NCBI GenBank assembly: GCA_040383885.1
Contig: JBEICQ010000001.1
Coordinates: 2,838 to 66,837 of the forward strand
From: Flavobacteriales bacterium
GTDB taxonomy: Bacteria; Bacteroidota; Bacteroidia; UBA4408
Direction: 5' to 3'
DNA length: 64,000 bases
Below the pieces are notes generated by a model, which was given only the letters and a program-made list of their open reading frames with translations, had not been told where the DNA came from and did no database searches. Below, piece by piece: positions 46,361 to 56,917 of this stretch (positions are counted from its first letter, which is position 1; the number at the start of each line of letters is the position of its first letter). Position numbers and translations under genes: made by a program.

Positions 46361-47895
46361 AGTGGTTTTTTGGAATACTCTTTCTGTTGCTGCCTGCCAT
46401 CAGTGTGTGTGGTCAAGATACGCTTTTACCAATTACTTATAGCCACATTGATGATTGTGTAATGCAGTATCCCAAAGGCTTTGCCCTGCCTGATAACCAT
46501 GTGCGCCCTTCGGATTCTCTCCCCTCAAAATGGATGCTTTCTCATAAGCCTTTGCGCCTGTCAGGAAACAAGACACCGGAGAAATTACTGATAGACTTTT
46601 TTCCCGTGATGGAGATATGGGGAGGATATGATTCACAAACGAGTAAGTTAATCAAACAAGGATTTATGGGTGCCGGCGTGAATCTTCTCTGGAAAAACAG
46701 TTTGCATTTTTTCGCATTTGCCGGTGCGGGTATGAGCGCTCAACCTGCATATATTGATAGCATAACTTCTCTTTGGGGGATTATCCCGGGCACGGCCACT
46801 GCCAAACCAATTACAAACGGTACCTATCAGTTCAGGCACGCAAAAGTAAGTCTGGCTTATCGTTTACATAAATATGTGACAGCAGAATTAGGCTATGGTA
46901 AAAATCGCTTTGGAAACGGTATCAGAAGCTTGTATCTGGATGATGTTGCTTCACCCTATCCCTATTTGCGCATCAACTCACACCTGGGAAAAATCCGCTA
47001 CACCAACTTGTTTTGTAACTTTTATGATATCCGGGGAAGTCAAGGCCAGCGCGATAACTTTGTAAACAAGTATGCTGCCATGCATTACCTATCCTGGGAC
47101 ATCATCCCTTGGTTGCAATTCAATGCTTTTGAAGCCATTGTATTTCCAAACAGAAACCAAAATGGAAGCGGACATTTCTTTGAACCCAACTACCTGAATC
47201 CAGTTATCTTCTTGCGACCGGTGGAGTATGCAGTGGGCTCTCCGGACAACTCACTTCTTGGTGGCGGATTGTCTGTTCGGCTTTTAAAACATTACAGAAT
47301 CTATGCAAATGTGATCCTTGATGAATTCTTATTAAGCCGCATCCGGGAGCGTAAAGGATGGGTAGACAACAAGCAGGGCTTGCAGGCAGGCATTGTGGTT
47401 CAGCAGCCCATGAACATAAAGCATTTGCAGATACAGGCTGAAATCAATTGGGTAAGACCCTATACCTATTACCACAGGAACTCACTTCAGAATTTTGCCC
47501 ACATGAACCAGCCGCTTGCACATGCCCTGGGGGCAAACTTTATAGAATATTTTGTGCGGGCAGATTATTTTTTTTTCCGGAATATCCGCTTGCAGGCAAA
47601 TCTGATGTATGCTAAAATTGGATATGATTCCCGTGGATTGAGTTACGGCCAGAATGTGTATCAGCCGATGCATTTGAGACCGAGTGAATTCGGCAATGTG
47701 GTAGGCCAGGGATTATTCACCCGGGTATTGCTGTTGAGTACCACCCTGAACTGGAACCCTGATCAGCTTTCAGGCTTGAGTTTCTTTGCCTCCTTTATCT
47801 ATCGTCAATCTGTCAATGTTGAATCACAGAACAAATCATTTATTCCTACACTTGGTATTCGTTCTCAGTTCATGCCTTTTAACAGATTCTTCTGA
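46348..47895 (+). CDS. Outer-membrane beta-barrel protein, possibly capsule-assembly Wzi-like
   Basis: Signal peptide, and alternating aromatic/hydrophobic beta-strand character ending in …F. It sits directly downstream of the GT4 gene. It shares the motif Q-N-F/Y-x-H-x-N-Q-x-L-A-H-x-x-G-A-N-F with the partial ORF at 63180-64000. Confidence 0.4.
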   Translation: MYLVKWFFGILFLLLPAISVCGQDTLLPITYSHIDDCVMQYPKGFALPDNHVRPSDSLPSKWMLSHKPLRLSGNKTPEKLLIDFFPVMEIWGGYDSQTSKLIKQGFMGAGVNLLWKNSLHFFAFAGAGMSAQPAYIDSITSLWGIIPGTATAKPITNGTYQFRHAKVSLAYRLHKYVTAELGYGKNRFGNGIRSLYLDDVASPYPYLRINSHLGKIRYTNLFCNFYDIRGSQGQRDNFVNKYAAMHYLSWDIIPWLQFNAFEAIVFPNRNQNGSGHFFEPNYLNPVIFLRPVEYAVGSPDNSLLGGGLSVRLLKHYRIYANVILDEFLLSRIRERKGWVDNKQGLQAGIVVQQPMNIKHLQIQAEINWVRPYTYYHRNSLQNFAHMNQPLAHALGANFIEYFVRADYFFFRNIRLQANLMYAKIGYDSRGLSYGQNVYQPMHLRPSEFGNVVGQGLFTRVLLLSTTLNWNPDQLSGLSFFASFIYRQSVNVESQNKSFIPTLGIRSQFMPFNRFF

Positions 47896-47948
47896 GCAAT
47901 TGAGGGTCTTATATACCTGATATTTACTACTTTCGCAAGGAGTTTGCA

Positions 47949-50609
47949 TTGAAGTACCCTGCGATAAACACCGGCCTTATTTTTTTTGTCATCTCGCTGA
48001 CACTTCCTTTCCATGCATGCAAAACCAGCAAATCATCTTCCCGACAGCCTGAAAAAAAGTTCGAATTAAATCTCAGCCAAAGTGAACCACTAACAGAATC
48101 TCCTCCTGAATATCACGCATCAGTAAAGCGCGTAAATGACATCCAGCATATGCGACTGGAGATAGATTTTGACTGGCAAAGAATAAGTCTCAATGGGAAA
48201 GCTACGCTATTGGTAAAGCCTTGCTTTAAACCCGTTTCGGTACTCAACCTGCAGGCCAGAAATTTTGAGATCAGGGAAGTGGCCATGTTGTCCGGAAATT
48301 TAAAGACCAAACTCAAATATCTCTACGACAACAAGCAACTGAGCATTGATCTTGGTCGTAACTTTAAGTCAACAGAAAGCTACACCATTTACATTGATTA
48401 TGTGGCGCATCCTCATCCTGTACAAGGGCGTGGAAATGAGGTACAAGTGAATAAGGGAATGTATTTTATCATCCCGGAAAAAGGTAGTCCATCCAACCAG
48501 AGGCAAATTTGGACTGAAGGCGAAACATCCTATAATTCCTGTTGGTTTCCCACGATTGATGCCCCAAATGAAAGATTTACGCAGGAAATAGCCATTACCA
48601 TTGACAGGGAACTTACCACCCTGTCCAACGGAATTTTGGTATGGCAGCAAATGAATGCCGACAGCACGCGAACCGATATCTGGAAACAAAATATTCCATC
48701 ACCCCCTTATCTCACCATGGTGGCGGCAGGAAATTTTAGCATCACTTACGACAAATGGAGGGACAAAGAGGTGAGTTATTACACCGATCTTTCTTATGCG
48801 CCCTATGCCAAAGATATTTTTGGAAAAACGCCTGAAATGATTGATTTTTTTTCAAAGAAAACCGGTGTTGATTACCCATGGGAGAAATATTCCCAGGTGG
48901 TGGTACAGGGTCACCTGGTTGGTGCGATGGAAAATACTTCAGCTACTCTGTTTGGAGATTTTATCCAACAGTTGCCGCGAGAGCTCACTGATGAAAACAA
49001 TGAAGAATATATTGCCCATGAATTGTTTCACCAGTGGTTTGGCAATCTGGTAACCTGCGAGTCCTGGGCAAATTTAACCCTCAATGAAGGCTTTGCTTCC
49101 TATGGAGAATATCTGTGGTATGAGCATAAATACGGCAGGCAGAAAGCGGATGAGCATCTTCGGAAGTTTCAGAATGATTACCTGGACGAACTAAGGTATA
49201 AAAATGAAAAACTCATTCGTTATCAGTATGCGGAAGAGGAAGATGTATTCGACGCCCATTCCTATCAAAAGGGTGCGCTGGTCATTCATATGCTGCGTAC
49301 TTACCTGGGAGATGATGTTTTCTTTGCCGGGATTACTCAGTATCTGGAAAAAAACAAATTCTCTCCCGTTGAGTTACAGCATCTCAGGTTAGCCATGGAA
49401 GAAGTTTCAGGGGAAGATTTGCATTGGTTTTTTAACCAATGGTTCTTAACACCCGGATTGCCTGAGGTAAATTTCTCCTACAACTACAATGATAGTTTGC
49501 AGAAACTGACCATACATGCCGATCAGACTTGCGCATCCGATGCAGATGCATTCATCTTGCCACTGAAAATTGATATTCACACCAAGGGAAAAAAAGAATC
49601 TTCTCTCTATTTATTGAAGAAAAGAAATGAGACTTTGCAGATTCCGCTAACTGAAAAACCCGAGTGGGTGGATATTGATCCGGAAAAAAGTTTGCTGATC
49701 AAAAAAACCGAAGAGAAGCCTCTTGCAGAGTGGATATTCCAATACAACAAGTCACCCTGGTATAATGGTCGTCTGGAAGCGCTAAACAGTCTTACAGGCT
49801 GGATGGATGAATCCATGGTAACAGAGACCTTTATGAAAGCTTTTTCTGATCCCGCACCCGGTATCAGGGAGTTTTGTATTACACAGGTTCCTGCCTTGTC
49901 AAGGTATGCCGACAACCGGGTGAAGCAACAACTGCTCAGATTGGCACTCAAGGATGCATCTAACCACATACGCGGAAAAGCGCTCGAAAGCCTTGGAGAA
50001 AATTACAACTCCGACGACCTGCTGGATACCTACCAGAACCTCCTTGATGATGCTTCGCCATTGGTTGTCTCAAAATCCCTTTTGAACATTTATTATGTTG
50101 ACAAGAAAATGGGCCTTGCTTTCGCAAGGACATTTTTAACGGACAGCAGTCTTCAAGTGATTAAATCGGTAGCAAGCGTATTATCTCATACCGGAGAAGA
50201 CTCCGATAACGAGTACTTCTTAAAAAACTACAAACGGTTTTCGGGTAAAGACAAATACGCTTTTGCGGGTATGTATTCTACCTTTTTGTTACACCGGCAC
50301 GACAGCATCATCAACAGAGCCATCCCGCTTTTTGAAGACATAGCAGTATCGCAAAACCTCTGGTACATAAGACTTGCAGGCACCAATGCATTGCACCAGC
50401 TTGCCGAGATGTACAGCAGCAGACAAAAGGAAACCCGCGATAAAATTGCCATGCTGAAAAACGCCAACACTTCTTCGAGTCAATTGGTACAGCTGGAAAA
50501 ACTGGCCATTCAGGCAGATGAGCAGATGAGCAGAATCACGGCCATCATCCATGAGATCAAGTCGCGGGAGAAAGATGAAAATCTCATTGAGATTTATAAA
50601 CAAAATTAA
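47949..50609 (+). CDS. M1-family aminopeptidase (aminopeptidase N-like) lipoprotein with C-terminal HEAT/ARM-like repeats
   Basis: GAMEN motif (HLVGAMENTSA) and a zincin motif HELFHQWFGNLVT-x18-E. Signal peptide ends in a Cys (…LPFHACKTS). Confidence 0.9.
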   Translation: MKYPAINTGLIFFVISLTLPFHACKTSKSSSRQPEKKFELNLSQSEPLTESPPEYHASVKRVNDIQHMRLEIDFDWQRISLNGKATLLVKPCFKPVSVLNLQARNFEIREVAMLSGNLKTKLKYLYDNKQLSIDLGRNFKSTESYTIYIDYVAHPHPVQGRGNEVQVNKGMYFIIPEKGSPSNQRQIWTEGETSYNSCWFPTIDAPNERFTQEIAITIDRELTTLSNGILVWQQMNADSTRTDIWKQNIPSPPYLTMVAAGNFSITYDKWRDKEVSYYTDLSYAPYAKDIFGKTPEMIDFFSKKTGVDYPWEKYSQVVVQGHLVGAMENTSATLFGDFIQQLPRELTDENNEEYIAHELFHQWFGNLVTCESWANLTLNEGFASYGEYLWYEHKYGRQKADEHLRKFQNDYLDELRYKNEKLIRYQYAEEEDVFDAHSYQKGALVIHMLRTYLGDDVFFAGITQYLEKNKFSPVELQHLRLAMEEVSGEDLHWFFNQWFLTPGLPEVNFSYNYNDSLQKLTIHADQTCASDADAFILPLKIDIHTKGKKESSLYLLKKRNETLQIPLTEKPEWVDIDPEKSLLIKKTEEKPLAEWIFQYNKSPWYNGRLEALNSLTGWMDESMVTETFMKAFSDPAPGIREFCITQVPALSRYADNRVKQQLLRLALKDASNHIRGKALESLGENYNSDDLLDTYQNLLDDASPLVVSKSLLNIYYVDKKMGLAFARTFLTDSSLQVIKSVASVLSHTGEDSDNEYFLKNYKRFSGKDKYAFAGMYSTFLLHRHDSIINRAIPLFEDIAVSQNLWYIRLAGTNALHQLAEMYSSRQKETRDKIAMLKNANTSSSQLVQLEKLAIQADEQMSRITAIIHEIKSREKDENLIEIYKQN

Positions 50610-50776
50610 AACCCCTTGATGTAAACAGAAGAGTATGCTGTTATACACAAGATAAGTTCTATTGCTAAAGTTACCCGGCCAAAGAGGCCAGGCCCTGATA
50701 AAAAGACAAGGCGCAGAAAATCACCTTGTGTAAAACATCAGGAAAAAACGCTGAAAAGCTTACCTTAGCGGGACTT

Positions 50777-52018
50777 ATGATTCAGTTTCAAAAATTTACG
50801 CTGTCAAACGGACTCACGGTAATCCATCATCCTGATGATGCGACCCAATTGGTTTGTGTCAACATTTTATACGATGTGGGAGCAAGAGATGAGCGTCCGG
50901 AGAAAACAGGATTTGCCCATCTTTTCGAGCATTTGATGTTCAGCGGTTCGGTGAACATAGAAAACTATGACGAGCACCTTGAGAAAGCAGGCGGCGAGAA
51001 CAATGCATTCACCACTAATGATATTACCAATTACTATCTCACCATTCCGAGAAACAATGTAGAAACTGCATTTTGGCTTGAATCCGATAGGATGTTGTCC
51101 CTTGCCTTTTCGGAAAAGGGACTCGAAGTGCAACGAAATGTAGTGATGGAGGAATTTAAACAGCGTTACCTCAATCAACCCTATGGCGATGTATGGTTGT
51201 TACTGAAACCGCTGGCATACAGGGTGCATCCCTACCGTTGGAATACCATTGGCATGGAGTTGTCGCATATAGAAAAGGCATCCATGGAGGATGTTAAAAG
51301 TTTTTTCTTTACGCATTATGTTCCATCCAATGCCATTCTGGTGGTTGCCGGTAACATCACCCTTGAAAAAGCAAAAGAATTGTCGGAGAAATGGTTTGGC
51401 GGAATTTCCTCGCCACCTAAACCTTTGAGGCAACTACCTGCTGAGCCCACTCAAACAGAGAAAAGAACGCTGAGGGTTGAAAGAGAAGTTCCCCAGGATG
51501 CCATCTACAAATGCTATCATATATGCGACAGAAACCATCCGGATTATGTGGTACTCGACATGATTACCGATGCCCTGTCCAACGGACAATCATCCAGGTT
51601 TCATGAACATCTGATCAAGAAAAAACAACTTTTTTCAGAAGTTCAGGCGTATGTTTCCGGCGACCGCGATCCCGGGCTCCTTGTGCTCAGCGGAAAACTG
51701 AACCCTGAAGTAAGCTTTGAACAGGCAGAGGCTGCCTTGGATGAAGAATTGCGCGGCATTATTGAAAATCCGCCGCAAGGCAGAGAGTTAGAAAAAATGA
51801 AAAACAAAACTGAAAGTATGCACGCCTTCACAGAAATTAATTTAATGAACAGGGCGCTTGGGTTGGCCACTTATGAATGGCTGGGAGATGCAAACAGAAT
51901 CAATACAGAGATTGAACAATACAGAAAGCTGGGAGCTGCTGATTTCTCCCGTTGTGCAGCTAAATATTTTAGCGAAAACAATGCTTCCGTTCTCTACTAC
52001 GCAAAAAAATCATCATGA
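50777..52018 (+). CDS. M16-family (pitrilysin-like) zinc peptidase, catalytic subunit
   Basis: Inverted zincin motif HLFEHLMFSG (HxxEH), plus a downstream Glu. Confidence 0.85.
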   Translation: MIQFQKFTLSNGLTVIHHPDDATQLVCVNILYDVGARDERPEKTGFAHLFEHLMFSGSVNIENYDEHLEKAGGENNAFTTNDITNYYLTIPRNNVETAFWLESDRMLSLAFSEKGLEVQRNVVMEEFKQRYLNQPYGDVWLLLKPLAYRVHPYRWNTIGMELSHIEKASMEDVKSFFFTHYVPSNAILVVAGNITLEKAKELSEKWFGGISSPPKPLRQLPAEPTQTEKRTLRVEREVPQDAIYKCYHICDRNHPDYVVLDMITDALSNGQSSRFHEHLIKKKQLFSEVQAYVSGDRDPGLLVLSGKLNPEVSFEQAEAALDEELRGIIENPPQGRELEKMKNKTESMHAFTEINLMNRALGLATYEWLGDANRINTEIEQYRKLGAADFSRCAAKYFSENNASVLYYAKKSS

Positions 52019-53307
52019 GTAATCCCGAAATAAACAGATTAATAGAGCCGGCAGTAGAAAAAGTTTCCTCTGTTTCACTGCTTGAACCAACACACTTCAG
52101 CCTCTCTAACGGCATCCCGGTTTATGCCATTGCAGGGGGGCGACAAGAGGTGATTAAAACCGAAGTGATTTTCCCTGCAGGAAGCCGTTATCAGCAAGTA
52201 CCCTTACAGGCCATCTCATGTAATAAACTGATGTGCGAGGGAACCCAAAAACATGACGCTGCATCACTTGCCGAGGCCCTTGATTTTTATGGTGCCTACC
52301 TTGAAAACGAATGCAATACCGATACGGCAGCTTATTCACTATACAGCCTCAGTAAACATATTGAGCCTACCCTTTCATTGTTAACTGAAATTTTATGTGA
52401 ACCGGTATTCCCCGAGGAAGAGTTTGAAATTTACCGACACAATGCTTTACAGAATTTTAAAACCCGCAACAAAAAAGTAAGTGAAATTGCCTCTGCCGAA
52501 TTTCACAGGATGCTTTTTGGCAACAAGCATTTTTACGGTTATCGTATTGTGGAAGAGGATTATGATCAACTAAACAATGATGTGGTAAAAAACTTTTTCG
52601 GCAACACTTACAGGGCAAACATGCCTTTTGTAGTAGTTGCAGGAAAGCCGGATTCGGGTTGGGAAAAAACTTTAGACAATATCCTGGGCAAGCTCCCTTT
52701 CGGTAAAAATGCAAGTCCTAACACTTCTGAACCTGAAGATTCAGAAAAAACAAAACATAAAATTCATGTGGATGGGGCCCTTCAATGTGCCATCCGTGTT
52801 GGCAAACGACTGTTCTCAAAAAATCATCCTGATTACCTGCCTCTCACGATAGTAAACACAATTTTGGGCGGGTATTTTGGTTCGAGACTGATGAAGAACA
52901 TCCGTGAAGACAAAGGGTATACCTATGGAATCGGTTCAGGGCTTGTTTCCCGTCAGCTCGGTGGATTTTTTTATATCTCTTCAGAGGTGGGTGCCGATGT
53001 AACCCAAAATGCATTGGATGAGGTATACAAGGAGTTGCATAAAATGTGCACCGAGCCTGTACCTGCAGAGGAACTCAATCTTGTTAAAAATTACTTAATG
53101 GGACAGTTTCTCAGGGGAGCAGACGGCGTATTCTCTCAGGCTGAGCGATTTTTGTCGGTACATTTGTATGGCCTTGATTACTCCTATTACCGCAGGTATT
53201 TGGATACGCTCGAAAGCATCCATCCGGAACAAATCATGGAACTATCGGCCAAATATCTTTCTCCTGATAGCATGAGTGAATTGGTTGTGGGAAAAACACA
53301 TGTATAA
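52015..53307 (+). CDS. M16-family peptidase homologue lacking HxxEH, probably the non-catalytic partner subunit
   Basis: Same fold signature and length. The position equivalent to HxxEH has no His pair. It makes a 4-nt overlap with the upstream M16 gene. Confidence 0.75.
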   Translation: MSNPEINRLIEPAVEKVSSVSLLEPTHFSLSNGIPVYAIAGGRQEVIKTEVIFPAGSRYQQVPLQAISCNKLMCEGTQKHDAASLAEALDFYGAYLENECNTDTAAYSLYSLSKHIEPTLSLLTEILCEPVFPEEEFEIYRHNALQNFKTRNKKVSEIASAEFHRMLFGNKHFYGYRIVEEDYDQLNNDVVKNFFGNTYRANMPFVVVAGKPDSGWEKTLDNILGKLPFGKNASPNTSEPEDSEKTKHKIHVDGALQCAIRVGKRLFSKNHPDYLPLTIVNTILGGYFGSRLMKNIREDKGYTYGIGSGLVSRQLGGFFYISSEVGADVTQNALDEVYKELHKMCTEPVPAEELNLVKNYLMGQFLRGADGVFSQAERFLSVHLYGLDYSYYRRYLDTLESIHPEQIMELSAKYLSPDSMSELVVGKTHV

Positions 53308-53364
53308 AAACATCTTTTCTGGCAGCTTGCTTATTGCCAAGAAGGATGTTTATCATATGACAAG

Positions 53365-55426
53365 TTGAAACAGTTTGCATTCATATTTTTTTGTGTGGCT
53401 CTGAAGTTCGCAACTTTACATGCTCAGCCGGTGATGCCCGTGCTTACATGCACAGAGGTACTCTCCGGCGGAGATGTAAAACTTACTTTTGACTACACGG
53501 CTCCTACTCCACCGGATGTGATTGATTCCGTGGTAGTAGAATTTACCAACAACCTTGGCGGAACATTTTTCAGAAGTCAGGTGCTGCTCCCTCCCTATCT
53601 GAATCCATTGGTGTGTACGGTTGCCATTCCATCGCCCGATGCCAATGCACAGGTCTTTTATTTTTTTGCCAAAGTGTATACAAATGGTCAAGCGAATCCG
53701 GACAGTTCAAATGTAATGGCAAGTATCCTGCTGAGTGTTTCCAATGCCACCGCAGGAATTGCTGCACTCTCATGGAATGCGGCATCAGATCCACTGCTGA
53801 CAACAGCCTCAGGAATGTACAAAATTCACAGGCAATATCTTTCTCCTCCCAACAATTCCTGGTTCCTCTCCGACTCTGTAACAGGTCTTGTGCATAATGA
53901 GAACATCATTCAATGTGATGACTCGCTGAGGTATTATGTTGAGATGAACGATTCACTGAGTTGTGCAACTCGCTCAGGTACCATCACCCGGTATTTTCTA
54001 AACGCCAAACCCAATACACCAACACTGCAATATGTTACCTGGAATCCGCTCACATCAAGCATCGATATTGTATGGTCTCCCAGCCTCTCTTCAGATGTAA
54101 CGGGATACCAGGTGTATACCATTACCGGTGGAACGCCTTTGCTGATTGGAAGCACCGGCAACATCAACGATACCACCTTTACTTATAGTGGCGGAAGTCC
54201 ACAGAACCAGCCGGAAGAATTCAGGATTGCAGCGATCGACTCATGCAACAAAATCAGTAATCCCGGACTTACCCACAATACCATCAGACTGGATTATTCA
54301 CTTGACCGATGCAGCCGGATAGCCACCTTTTCCTGGAATGCCTATCTGAACTGGGACAATGGAGTGCATGCGTATTTGGTTTATCTGAAGAAGGACAATT
54401 TTCCTTATGCACTGCTCGGAAGTACTCAAGGAAATTCATTTGATTACACGGTTGAGAGTGGTGTTCAGCAACTGAGCGTATATGTGGTTGCCAGAGATAC
54501 CATCGATTCGCTTGAGAGCGTATCCCCCGAAATCTCCTTCATCCCCGTCCTTGCCGCGACAGCCGGATGCCTTTCTGCTCAGGCATGCCACAGTGCTCTC
54601 CGACTCCCTGGTTGAACTGAAACTGTATCATGACACCCTTGCCGCAATAAAGGAATACAGGGTGATGCGGGCAGACGCTCCCGGTGGAGACATGCAACAA
54701 ATAGGCATTCTGCCCTTTAGTGCACTTTCCCGTACCCTCTATTTTTACGATTCCCTCGCTTTTACGGATGAACAGAGTTATTACTATCAGATTCAATGTA
54801 TTGATTCCTGTGGCAATCTGATCATCACTTCCAATCCGGGCAGTAGTATTTTTATCAGGGGAGAAGTGCTGGCCAATTACCTGAATGTTGTTTCGTGGAA
54901 TCCCTACCTGGAATGGCCTCAGGGAACACGCCATGATGCATTGTACTCGCTCAGGGATTCATTGGATGCCAATGTGATTCCATTCAGGCTTCAGCCGGGC
55001 TTAAATGAATACACAGAAGACATCATTGAAAAGATAACTGCAGATGGCAAGTACTGTTACTATCTGGAAGCCATAAGCAATACCCATCCCCTCTTGTTTT
55101 TTAATGATACGAGCCGGTCTAATATCATCTGCATCAAACAGGAACCAAAAATATTTATTCCTAATGCTTTCTCTCCCAACAATGATGACCTGAATGACAT
55201 CTTTATACCCACAGTTATTTTTGCCAATGATGAAAATTACAGGCTCAGAATCTTTAACCGGTTTGGGGGATTGATATTTGAGAGCAGCGATACCAAACAA
55301 GGCTGGGATGGCAATTACCAGGGAAGTTTCCCCTGTCAGATAGGTGTATACGCCTACACACTTACCTACACCAACACCCTTAACAAAATTGTTTTTAGGA
55401 GCGGCACCCTTCACTTGTTGAGGTAA
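53365..55426 (+). pseudogene. T9SS type-B CTD (gliding motility-associated C-terminal domain) surface protein with Ig-like repeats, split by an apparent +1 frameshift near 54570-54600
   Basis: Two ORFs (53365-54615 and 54482-55426) overlap by 134 nt in adjacent frames. The upstream part has a signal peptide and Ig-like repeats. The downstream part continues the same repeat type and ends with the CHU_C/T9SS-B domain …IFIPNAFSPNNDDLNDIFIP…FNRFGGLIFESSDTKQGWDGNYQG…GVYAYTLTYT…. Confidence 0.5.
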
Positions 55427-55801
55427 CATACCGGAAGAGAAAACGGAGGAGTTACCTTGCCGCCATCATTACCTGAGCGGGATACTGTGAACAAGCAAAC
55501 GAAAACGAAAATACAGCGTTGGTTGTCCGTTAGCGATTGCAACGGTTACTTTTTTGCTTGCAAAAAAGTTTGAGTGGAAAGCGCGCCCCTTTAGGGGAAC
55601 GGCAAAAAAAAAACTGCCCCGTCAGCGAATGGCGTTTTATCAAAGAACGAGATCCTATCGGATTCATGTCCCGGTTTTAAAAAATGATTTTGAAGGATGC
55701 TTGCCTGTATGAACCGCAAGCAGATGCTGCTGATGTGTCTTTTGGGTTTGCACTTATGAAAGTGGCTTGTAACTTTGCCACAGGCACAAAAAGCTTTTAC
55801 A

Positions 55802-56365
55802 ATGACCGACGAACTTAAAAAAGTAATCCAGTCAACCGAGGAACAGATGAAACAAAGCATCAGTCACCTTGAAGCAGAACTTTCTAAAATCAGGGCAGGC
55901 AAGGCCAATCCTTCCATGCTGGATGCGGTGATGGTAGAGTATTACGGCAACCGTGTTCCGCTATCGAATGTGGGCAACATTTCCTCTCCCGATCCGCGTA
56001 CCCTGTTGATACAACCCTGGGAAAAAGGCATGATCACGCCAATTGAAAAAGCCATACAAGTAGCCAATTTGGGCTTCAATCCTCAGAATGATGGTACGCT
56101 GATTCGCATCTCCATTCCACCGCTTACAGAGGAACGCCGTAAAGACCTTGTGAAAAAAGCCAAATCTGAAGCAGAACATGCAAAGGTTTCACTGCGCACC
56201 ATACGCAAACAATCGAATGAAGAAATAAAAAAGTTGCAAAAGGCAGGTACCCCAGAGGACATGACCAAGCAATGTGAGCAAAAGGTGCAGGAACTTACGG
56301 ATGCCTATTCGTCCAAAGCCGATAAACACATTGAAGTGAAGGAAAAAGAAATTATGACAGTTTGA
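55802..56365 (+). CDS. frr: Ribosome recycling factor
   Basis: …LSKIRAGKANPSMLDAVMVEYYG…LIRISIPPLTEERRKDLVKKAK…, starting at the internal ATG (MTDELKK…). Confidence 0.9.
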   Translation: MTDELKKVIQSTEEQMKQSISHLEAELSKIRAGKANPSMLDAVMVEYYGNRVPLSNVGNISSPDPRTLLIQPWEKGMITPIEKAIQVANLGFNPQNDGTLIRISIPPLTEERRKDLVKKAKSEAEHAKVSLRTIRKQSNEEIKKLQKAGTPEDMTKQCEQKVQELTDAYSSKADKHIEVKEKEIMTV

Positions 56366-56372
56366 TAAGCAT

Positions 56373-56855
56373 ATGTTGCAGCGCATTCAGTCTGTGTATC
56401 TTTTGCTGGGATTCCTGGTCTTACTTGCATCCCTTCTTTCTGCCAATGCTGTTTTTACTGCCGGTAACAGCACGGTTAACTTCTCTGCCTTTGGTCTTCT
56501 GAGCGAACAAAACACATCAGTATCTATCCGATTTCCGTTTGTACTGATGCTGATAAGCACAGGCCTGCCGATGCTGGGTTTTTTGGGATGCATTTTTTTG
56601 TTCAATAACCGGAAGTTTCAAATGAAGATGGTGAGGTTATGCTCCCTGCTTGTGCTTGTGCATGTGGCAGCAGAAGCAGTTTTATATAAACATGCTGTTA
56701 AAACACTTGAGGTTTTGTTTCCGGGAACAGCGCTTACCACACACTGGGGGCTTGGTACCGTGTTGCCATTGGTGGCCATTGTTTTAAGCATGCTTGCACT
56801 TGCCCGGATCAAGCACGACGAGGAATTGGTCCGCAGCGCAGACCGCATTCGCTGA
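56373..56855 (+). CDS. Hypothetical 4-TM membrane protein
   Basis: 160-aa ORF, 8 nt after frr, with four hydrophobic helices. I do not recognise the family. Confidence 0.5.
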   Translation: MLQRIQSVYLLLGFLVLLASLLSANAVFTAGNSTVNFSAFGLLSEQNTSVSIRFPFVLMLISTGLPMLGFLGCIFLFNNRKFQMKMVRLCSLLVLVHVAAEAVLYKHAVKTLEVLFPGTALTTHWGLGTVLPLVAIVLSMLALARIKHDEELVRSADRIR

Positions 56856-56917
56856 TATCGCAGTAAAGCCCTATTTCTTATCTTTGCGGACTTTGCTGAA
56901 AGCACTGTCGTCTATTC

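Noticed and set aside
55001-55429. 142-aa minus-strand ORF
   Set aside because: It is completely antisense to the conserved T9SS C-terminal sorting domain coding sequence.
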